Positions 1-6,407 of a stretch of 35,428 bases of DNA are shown one piece after another. The stretch is from a virus. Taxonomy: Duplodnaviria > Caudoviricetes. Under the pieces are notes generated by a model, which had not been told where the DNA came from, ran no database searches, and saw only the letters and a list, made by a program, of their open reading frames with translations. The translations under genes and the position numbers were made by a program. The number at the start of each line of letters is the position of its first letter. The first letter of the stretch is position 1. The DNA is taken from positions 1 to 35,428 of IMG/VR virus record IMGVR_UViG_3300032270_000610; one strand, given 5' to 3'.

Positions 1-2425
1 ACTCAAGACGAATATCTCAATTTTCTCCAACGCTTTTGCCGACGAACCGGATGAGGCGATCACGCTGGAGGCATTCTTCCAAGGCGTGAAGGATGGGCGG
101 TGGCAGCGGCAGGTGGACATCCTGCGCGAACACCTCAAGCGCGGTGACGAGCCGCGCTACACAGCCAAGAAGCGCGACCTGCCAGCCGTTACCATTTCAT
201 GCCATTGCCTCTCCCGCGAGCGTGACCTTTCACCCGAGGCGAAAGCGATCACTCACAGTGGGTGGCTGCAAGCGGATTTTGACCTGAAGGATAACCCGAT
301 GCTTGCGGATGATTCCGTGGTGCGCGCCAAGCGGGCGGAACTCCTTGCCGATCCCTATGTGGGTGCGGTTTTCGTGGGTCCATCCGGGCAAGGACTCAAG
401 GCCGTGGTCTCAATCGATACCGAGAAGCACAAGGATTCATGGTTTGCGGCTGAACTCCATTTCCGTGAAAAGCACCGGCTGAGTCTCGACAAGGCGACCA
501 AAGACCCGATGCGCCTCTGCTTTGTCTCCTACGATCCCGAAATGGAGACAGCGGACATTTACCAGCCGATCCCCGTGCCGGACAAGATGCCAGAGCCTGA
601 AGTGTGGCGTCCACCCGTGGAGACGACAGCAGCAGACATTGCCGAGATGCTGCGCTACATCCCACCGCGCCCGGATTACGATACATGGCTCAAAATTGCC
701 TCCGCAGTGTGGAGCGTCCTCCCGATGCTCGACGGTGCGCGCATCCTCCACCAATGGTCCCCAGAAGAGAAGGATGGCGAATACGCATCCAAGCACAAGG
801 CACGCCTCAAGCAGGTGGGAGTCGGCACGCTGGCACACATCGCCAGTGAACATGGATTCGATGCCCGTGAGGCATGGAGGCGGAAACGCTGGGCTGGCCG
901 CATCCGCTTTGCCGACTCGACCCTCGGACCAGGACAAGGGGAAGACCCGCTGGCCGGTGCCGATGTCGCAGCTATCGGAACCGAGATTTCCCGTGAACGC
1001 ATTATGGTGGCCTACGCGCAGGCCCACAAGGGAGACGCCCGCCTATGGGCTGAACTCCGAAAGGGCCTGCGCGTTTGGAACATCCACGCCAAGGTGTGGA
1101 TGACCTACGAGGACGGCTTATGGAGGCGCGACACGGGAAACACGACGCTCCTCGATATATCCGACACACTCACGGAGGTTTATCAGCGGGTAGCCGACTC
1201 GGTGCGGGCCGAAATGAAGGCAAATCCCTGCGATGACGAAAAGAAAGACCCGCGCATCAAGGAAATCAAGGGCCTCGAGGACCGCTGCCACAAACTCTGC
1301 CACTCGGAATATCTGGCTTCAGTCGAGCGCATATCCAAGAGCGAAATGAACCTCCCGGCGACCGCTTTTGATTCCAACCCCGAGATCCTCGTGGTGCTCA
1401 ATGGCACTCTGGATTTTGCCGAGGGCATTTTCCGCGAACATCGCGCATCCGACTACGCGACGACACGCTCGCCAATCAATTTCGACGGGGCCGTGGAGTG
1501 TCCAAAATGGGATGCGTTCCTCAACCGATTCATACCGGATGTCGAGACACGCGTCTATCTGGCTCGTGCTTTTGGCTATTCGCTGACCGGCCGCGTGGAC
1601 AAGGACGCGCTCTTCTTTGCCTACGGCAAGGGAGCGAATGGAAAATCCACCCTTTTCGGTGTGCTCAAAATCCTCCTCGGAGACCTCATGACCACGGTCC
1701 CCATTGCCGCCCTCCTCGCTGCCAAGTCTGATAACAACTTCGATTATTACAAAGCGAGCATGGAGGGAAAGCGCGTCGTTCTTACGGACGAAATCCCCGA
1801 GGGGCGGAAATTGGCCGATAGCCAGGTGAAGGCGATCACCGGCGGCGATGCCATCAATGCCCGCCGGCCATTTGAACAACCCTACGCCTTTTTCCCCACT
1901 CACAAGCTATGGCTCATGGGAAACCACAAGCCGGATGTCCAAGGCACAGACGAGGGAATCTGGCGGCGGGTTCACATGATCCCGTTTACCGTCACGATCC
2001 CCGAGAACGAACGGCGCGAACGCCACGAAATCCTTGCTGAGTTTGAGGCTGAAGCGGCCGGCATCCTCAACTGGGCGATCCGTGGACTCCTCGAAAGCCG
2101 AGACATCGGCCTCAAGCCGCCGCCCCAAGTCGTAGAGGCGACAAGGAACTACCGCGAGGAAAACGACCAGTTCGGCTCCTTCCTCATCGAATGCACGGAG
2201 AAGGACATCACCGGGCGCTGCGGTATCGGATCGCTGGCGAAAACCTACGCCATCTGGTGCGACCAAAACAACGAACAGCCACGCTACCGAGGGACACGCC
2301 AACTCCGAAAAGTGATGTCCGAACGAGGCTACCACATCGAGCCGGACAGGAAGGACCATCCGACCATTCACGGAATCAAACTGAAGATCGAGGAGAAGAA
2401 TGACGCCTTCGGACTCTCTGCCTAA
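1..2425 (+). CDS. P4/D5-family primase-helicase (VirE-N/BT4734-like N-terminus, PriCT-2, D5_N, SF3 helicase); true start probably ATG 35424 across the junction
   Basis: Walker A GKGANGKST, Walker B region VVLTDE, VKAITGGD, KLWLMGNHKP, GIWRR; PriCT-2-like DYDTWLKIASA...WS. The frame is open from base 2 to the listed GTG at 86. Confidence 0.9.
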   Translation, partial: LKTNISIFSNAFADEPDEAITLEAFFQGVKDGRWQRQVDILREHLKRGDEPRYTAKKRDLPAVTISCHCLSRERDLSPEAKAITHSGWLQADFDLKDNPMLADDSVVRAKRAELLADPYVGAVFVGPSGQGLKAVVSIDTEKHKDSWFAAELHFREKHRLSLDKATKDPMRLCFVSYDPEMETADIYQPIPVPDKMPEPEVWRPPVETTAADIAEMLRYIPPRPDYDTWLKIASAVWSVLPMLDGARILHQWSPEEKDGEYASKHKARLKQVGVGTLAHIASEHGFDAREAWRRKRWAGRIRFADSTLGPGQGEDPLAGADVAAIGTEISRERIMVAYAQAHKGDARLWAELRKGLRVWNIHAKVWMTYEDGLWRRDTGNTTLLDISDTLTEVYQRVADSVRAEMKANPCDDEKKDPRIKEIKGLEDRCHKLCHSEYLASVERISKSEMNLPATAFDSNPEILVVLNGTLDFAEGIFREHRASDYATTRSPINFDGAVECPKWDAFLNRFIPDVETRVYLARAFGYSLTGRVDKDALFFAYGKGANGKSTLFGVLKILLGDLMTTVPIAALLAAKSDNNFDYYKASMEGKRVVLTDEIPEGRKLADSQVKAITGGDAINARRPFEQPYAFFPTHKLWLMGNHKPDVQGTDEGIWRRVHMIPFTVTIPENERRERHEILAEFEAEAAGILNWAIRGLLESRDIGLKPPPQVVEATRNYREENDQFGSFLIECTEKDITGRCGIGSLAKTYAIWCDQNNEQPRYRGTRQLRKVMSERGYHIEPDRKDHPTIHGIKLKIEEKNDAFGLSA

Positions 2426-2444
2426 AATGAAAAGATGTCTTCAG

Positions 2445-2655
2445 AATCCGGCGTTTCCCGCGCCGGAAATGCCGGAAAGAAAAAGAATCCTTTTTATTGA
2501 CATACCCAAAAAAGGCATTTTGAGGGCTATTTCTGCCGGAAATGCCGGATTGGCCGGATGTTTCATATTAAATGTTAGGAATCTATTTTTAATACCTCTC
2601 TTCTCCACAGATCTAGGTTTCACAACCCCTCTTTTCCGGCATTTCCGGCACCCCC
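2445..2655. repeat. Iteron-like repeats; probable replication origin
   Basis: GCCGGAAATGCCGGA at 2462 and 2535, an inverted copy at 2633-2650, and an AT-rich stretch between them, directly downstream of the primase-helicase. Confidence 0.6.
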
Positions 2656-2673
2656 GTTTTTTCCCGTTTTCCT

Positions 2674-3057
2674 ATGCCAACCTTCACCCAACACGACCTT
2701 GAACGACTCGGATACACCCTGCAACCAGACGGCTCCTACGCACGAGCCAGTCATCACCCTACACCTGCCCGGATACCTGACCCCAAGCCTCAACCGGCTA
2801 TTCGGCAAACACTGGACTGCCAGCCACCGCGAAAAGCAACTCGCACGGGCCGCGTTACTCTCCGCATTACACGCCACGCACGCCGCCTCCTCGATGCCGA
2901 TAATTTCGCAGGCGGTTGCAAACCTCTCATCGACCAAATTCGATACGCCGCCCTCATCCCGGACGACGACCCGGCCAGCGTCGAACTCCAATTCCGCCAA
3001 GAGAAAGTCGCCAAGAAACACCTCGAAATGACCACCATCGAAATCACGCACCCATGA
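2674..3057 (+). CDS. RusA-like Holliday junction resolvase (catalytic portion)
   Basis: RVTLRITR...LDADNFAGGCKPLIDQ...LIPDDD matches the RusA D-x-D-N...K...D...DD pattern. Confidence 0.72.
   Translation: MPTFTQHDLERLGYTLQPDGSYARASHHPTPARIPDPKPQPAIRQTLDCQPPRKATRTGRVTLRITRHARRLLDADNFAGGCKPLIDQIRYAALIPDDDPASVELQFRQEKVAKKHLEMTTIEITHP
2699..3031 (+). CDS. Overlapping alternative-frame ORF carrying a RusA-like N-terminal segment
   Basis: ITLHLPGYLTPSLNRLFGKHW..HREKQLARAAL resembles the N-terminal PSxN strand-helix of RusA-family proteins. TTG start; the rest of the ORF looks non-coding. Confidence 0.4.
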   Translation: MNDSDTPCNQTAPTHEPVITLHLPGYLTPSLNRLFGKHWTASHREKQLARAALLSALHATHAASSMPIISQAVANLSSTKFDTPPSSRTTTRPASNSNSAKRKSPRNTSK

Positions 3058-3362
3058 AAGAAATTCTCGAAGAAAATAACCGCCTCAAAGCTGAGGTGGA
3101 AAAACTCATCAGCGACAACATGGAGCTGACTGCCGTGATCCGGTCGCTGCGCAGGAATGCCAGGGAAGAAGCCGAACACCACGACCGCATGGTTGGGGAG
3201 ATTGAAAAGGTCTACGATGAACGCGACGAGGCGCGGGCCGTTGCATACGATCTGGCCGTTATCGCCTCACACTGCCTCGGATCGCACGGTTCTGCATTAT
3301 TAACCGAAACATCTGAAAGAATTGCAGACACATTGAAGCGATGGAGGGAGCTAAAGCAATGA
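3054..3362 (+). CDS. Hypothetical coiled-coil protein
   Basis: ATG overlaps the upstream TGA (ATGA coupling); heptad-like sequence with ERDEAR. Confidence 0.7.
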   Translation: MKEILEENNRLKAEVEKLISDNMELTAVIRSLRRNAREEAEHHDRMVGEIEKVYDERDEARAVAYDLAVIASHCLGSHGSALLTETSERIADTLKRWRELKQ

Positions 3363-3586
3363 GCGAGGAGGTCGCCATTGGAATGCAAAAACTCGCCTGC
3401 GCCATCCTTATATGCGCAGCAGAAGACTTGAACGCGCCAACGGATTACAAAAGCCCTTACGCGAGCCGAATCGCCGTAAAAAACAAAACTTCGGCAATTA
3501 ATTTTTTCCAAAGCAAATGGTTTGCAGAAATAGCACAGGCAATCGGAAAGAACCCCAAACGACTTCGTGATGCGGTATTAACATGA
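3359..3586 (+). CDS. Conserved phage hypothetical protein
   Basis: ATGA-coupled start; LACAILICAAEDL...AINFFQSKWF pattern typical of small proteins near phage late-control regions. Confidence 0.7.
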   Translation: MSEEVAIGMQKLACAILICAAEDLNAPTDYKSPYASRIAVKNKTSAINFFQSKWFAEIAQAIGKNPKRLRDAVLT

Positions 3587-3789
3587 AAGCCTCAAAAATC
3601 CTTAATCGGTTGTATAAGACCGGGACAACTCATCACGCAGCGCGTGGGTATGTGTGCTTGTGGGGGATTTTAATGGAAAAGGAAAACCCCGAAAAGACAC
3701 ATATTTACCAAGAAACCGCGAGGCTTTTATTGGAGGATATTTCATCTGATGAACGCAGAAAAGACGCAGGAGAACCCCATGTGCTCTGA
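3583..3789 (+). CDS. Hypothetical protein
   Basis: ATGA-coupled 68-aa ORF within the operon. Confidence 0.55.
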   Translation: MKASKILNRLYKTGTTHHAARGYVCLWGILMEKENPEKTHIYQETARLLLEDISSDERRKDAGEPHVL

Positions 3790-4072
3790 AATTCCACTAC
3801 CACCAACCGCGCAAGACATCGCCGAAATCATCGGAAAAGAATCGGCCTTGGCGATTGCATTCACGACCCGGCATCGGTGCGTCTATGTGCCACTCGGTCG
3901 GCTCCCGTCGCACAGCTATCTCGTCAGAACAATCGGGGAAGAAAAGGCCAAACTCCTGCAAAGACAATTCGGCGGGATGCTCCTGCCACTGGCGACCTGT
4001 CACCAAACCAAACAAGCCCTTATCAGGGCAAAAATCCAACAACTGAAAACACAACAACATGCAAACACCTGA
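3779..4072 (+). CDS. Mor/C-like transcription activator family protein (C-terminal HTH not apparent)
   Basis: LPPTAQDIAEIIGKESALAI...VYVP...LVRTIGEEKAKLLQRQFGG matches the duplicated Mor-type dimerisation motif. Confidence 0.6.
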   Translation: MCSEIPLPPTAQDIAEIIGKESALAIAFTTRHRCVYVPLGRLPSHSYLVRTIGEEKAKLLQRQFGGMLLPLATCHQTKQALIRAKIQQLKTQQHANT

Positions 4073-4505
4073 CCTCATACTCGTCAAAGACTCGATCAAC
4101 ACGATCAGCCAACTCCAATTCTGGGAAATACCAGAAGACACCACAAAGGAAAAATGGACTGACGGACACAAACAACTCCTGCTCATGCAGCAGGTAGTCA
4201 GAAAGCTATTGCCAAAGTCGCAATCATTCGGCGTCAAACAATTTGGCCTGGACTATCTGGTTGAGACGGAAGCCCAATTCCAACTGGAATTTGAAATCCC
4301 TCTACCGGCTGAAACCCCAAAGCGCGAAGAGGAAAGCGATGTCATTGATTACCTGGTCAAAGGATTCCAACGCTGGGCCGAGAAGGCTGGCGACATTGAA
4401 GCATGGGAGAAGGACCGCTTGGAACGGGCGCTCGAAATCCTCAAGCCGCTAACCTCAACAGCAGAACGCATTAAAAAGACTCTGCAAAGCAAAACTCTCC
4501 AATGA
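4059..4505 (+). CDS. Hypothetical protein
   Basis: 148-aa helical ORF overlapping the previous gene; last gene of the middle operon. Confidence 0.7.
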   Translation: MQTPDLILVKDSINTISQLQFWEIPEDTTKEKWTDGHKQLLLMQQVVRKLLPKSQSFGVKQFGLDYLVETEAQFQLEFEIPLPAETPKREEESDVIDYLVKGFQRWAEKAGDIEAWEKDRLERALEILKPLTSTAERIKKTLQSKTLQ

Positions 4506-4633
4506 TCCAAGCTATGACACGGACAATACCCGGGGGGGTAGTAGTTACTCCTGACGGGGGGACGGGTGCGGGTATGCGGAAACTTGCAGAGTTTGGCTAG
4601 AGATTGAACAAAAAACCGCAGTTTGCTTTTCAA

Positions 4634-5149
4634 ATGAAACAACAAAACTACCAGATTGAACAGATCGAAACGGGGAGTCTCATCCCCTACGCACGCAACG
4701 CCAAGAAGCACGATGACGCACAGGTGGCCAAGATCGCCGGAAGCATCCGGGAGTTTGGCTTTAACAACCCGGTGTTGATCGATTCGGAAAACGGAATCGT
4801 TGCCGGTCATGGGCGCGTGCTTGCCGCGCAAAAGTTAGGGCTGGCATCCGTGCCGTGCCTCCGGCTGTCGCACCTCACGGACTCGCAACGCCGCGCTTAC
4901 ATCCTCGCCGACAACCGACTCGCCGAGATCGGCGGCGGGTGGGATGAAGAAATGCTCAAGCTCGAGCTGGCGGACCTCGCCGCCTTGGATGTCGATGTTG
5001 CTGAGATTGGGTTTGATGAAACAACACTCCATGAAATCAATTTTGAACCCGGCACAGAATCGGACCAAGGCAAACTCGATCAACTGGAACCGAAAATCGT
5101 GAAATGCCCGCAATGCCAAAAACAATTCGACGCCCGTGAGCAAGTGTGA
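4634..5149 (+). CDS. ParB/Srx N-terminal domain protein with C-terminal CxxC
   Basis: LIPYARNAKKH...IAGSIREFGFNNPVLID...IVAGHGRVLAA...AYILADNRL; C-terminal KCPQCQKQF. Confidence 0.88.
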   Translation: MKQQNYQIEQIETGSLIPYARNAKKHDDAQVAKIAGSIREFGFNNPVLIDSENGIVAGHGRVLAAQKLGLASVPCLRLSHLTDSQRRAYILADNRLAEIGGGWDEEMLKLELADLAALDVDVAEIGFDETTLHEINFEPGTESDQGKLDQLEPKIVKCPQCQKQFDAREQV

Positions 5150-5834
5150 CCTCAAGATTGATTGGGCCACGCATGAGGCGGCAAAGTATGCCTGTGAAAA
5201 TTGGCATTACAGCGGATGTCTCCCAGCTGGAAAATTGGTAAAAGTCGGCGCATGGGAAAACGGAAAATTTATCGGCGTTGTTTTGTTTGGCCGGGGCACA
5301 AATAACCGGATGGCGCAAGCATATAATCTAAAGCAAGACCAAGCTGCCGAACTTGTTCGGATTGCACTTTTAAAGCATTCCACGCCAGTCAGTCGGCTTG
5401 CTGCCATTGCGATGAAATTTCTTAGAAGGGCAAATGAAGGCTTGCGATTGATTGTGTCCTACGCGGACCCAAAGCAAGGGCATCATGGCGGGATATATCA
5501 AGCAGGGAATTGGATTTATGCGGGCAGTTCACAAGCTCAGAGAGAGTTACTGGTCAACGGGATTTTTATGCACAAGCGAAGCGCTTTTTCAAAATTCGGA
5601 ACTGCTTCCCCGTCTGAAATTCATGCAAAGACAGGACTGAAAGTTGAATGGGCACCGCTTGAATGGAAACACATTTACCTCATGCCACTTGACACCGAGA
5701 CAAGACAGAAGATATTAGCACTCGCCAAACCTTATCCCAAACGCGCCGTAAGTGATACTACGGACACGGCAGGCTTCCAGTCTGCAGAGGGCGGCTCAAT
5801 ACCGACCACGGCGCTCCATCTTCCAGTGGCATAA
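5136..5834 (+). CDS. mom: Mu Mom-like GNAT-fold DNA adenine modification enzyme
   Basis: WHYS, GVVLFG, ELVRIAL, IVSYADPKQGHHGGIYQAGNWIYAG and terminal PYPK are Mom-family motifs; located next to ParB-N just before terS. Confidence 0.8.
   Translation: MSKCDLKIDWATHEAAKYACENWHYSGCLPAGKLVKVGAWENGKFIGVVLFGRGTNNRMAQAYNLKQDQAAELVRIALLKHSTPVSRLAAIAMKFLRRANEGLRLIVSYADPKQGHHGGIYQAGNWIYAGSSQAQRELLVNGIFMHKRSAFSKFGTASPSEIHAKTGLKVEWAPLEWKHIYLMPLDTETRQKILALAKPYPKRAVSDTTDTAGFQSAEGGSIPTTALHLPVA
5743..5818 (+). tRNA. Non-canonical tRNA-Gly(TCC)-like gene embedded in the mom 3' end
   Basis: Acceptor stem GCGCCGT/ACGGCGC (7/7 Watson-Crick), D-stem GTG/CAC, anticodon arm GCAGG-CTTCCAG-TCTGC, 4-nt variable loop, T-arm GGCGG-CTCAATA-CCG(A)CC, discriminator T, encoded CCA; 76 nt in total. 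Confidence 0.8.
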
Positions 5835-5846
5835 CCCTTTTCTATT

Positions 5847-6407
5847 ATGCCAAACAAAACCGAAGCCCAGACCGCCACCGTAACCGTGCTGGCAAATATA
5901 TTCAACATCACGCCCGTGCGAGTGCAGCAACTTGCCAAGATGGGGGTTGTGGTAAAATCGGCGCGGGGAACTTATGAGGTATGGCGATCCGTGAAGGGAT
6001 ACATCAAATATCTCCAAGACCGAGCAGCAGGAAAAGGCATGGGGGAAGGAGACGGAGGCGACTACGAAAAGCACCGCACACGCCTCTACGCCGCCCGTGC
6101 TGACGCGCAGGAAGTCATTTCGGCCAAGCTCAAACGAACCGCGCATGATGCCGAGGCCGTGGCCGAGGTGATGAACGACATGGTGGCCAACGCCCGCAGC
6201 CGCATCTTGGCAATCCCCACGCTGGTCGCGCCAAGGGTGGCCGACGAAAGCGATCCGGCAGTGTGTCTGGAAATCATTCGGGACGCCGCGCATGAAGCCC
6301 TCACCGAACTGACGGATTACAACCCTGACAAAGTTGTGGCCCGTTTTTACAAACAACTGGAAGCAGAGCGCAACGAAAGCCCCGAAGCAGACGAGGCGGA
6401 AGAATGA
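5847..6407 (+). CDS. terS: Terminase small subunit (Nu1-like)
   Basis: N-terminal winged HTH (LANIFNITPVRVQQL...GTYEVWRSVKGYIKYL) followed by a coiled coil; directly upstream of terL. Confidence 0.85.
   Translation: MPNKTEAQTATVTVLANIFNITPVRVQQLAKMGVVVKSARGTYEVWRSVKGYIKYLQDRAAGKGMGEGDGGDYEKHRTRLYAARADAQEVISAKLKRTAHDAEAVAEVMNDMVANARSRILAIPTLVAPRVADESDPAVCLEIIRDAAHEALTELTDYNPDKVVARFYKQLEAERNESPEADEAEE

Noticed and set aside
2400-2702. 100-aa ORF after the primase
   Set aside because: It runs across the iteron region and its peptide simply mirrors the DNA repeats; probably non-coding.
4577-4592. Possible additional late promoter copies (GGAAACTTGCAGAG here; GGAACCGCAGA at 17344)
   Set aside because: Only partial matches, lacking the CCCC spacing and AAGACA.
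5743-5818. Embedded tRNA-Gly as a second attachment site
   Set aside because: It is full-length, deviates from canonical tRNAs, and lies far from int and the arm sites, whereas att cores are near-identical partial copies of host tRNAs.
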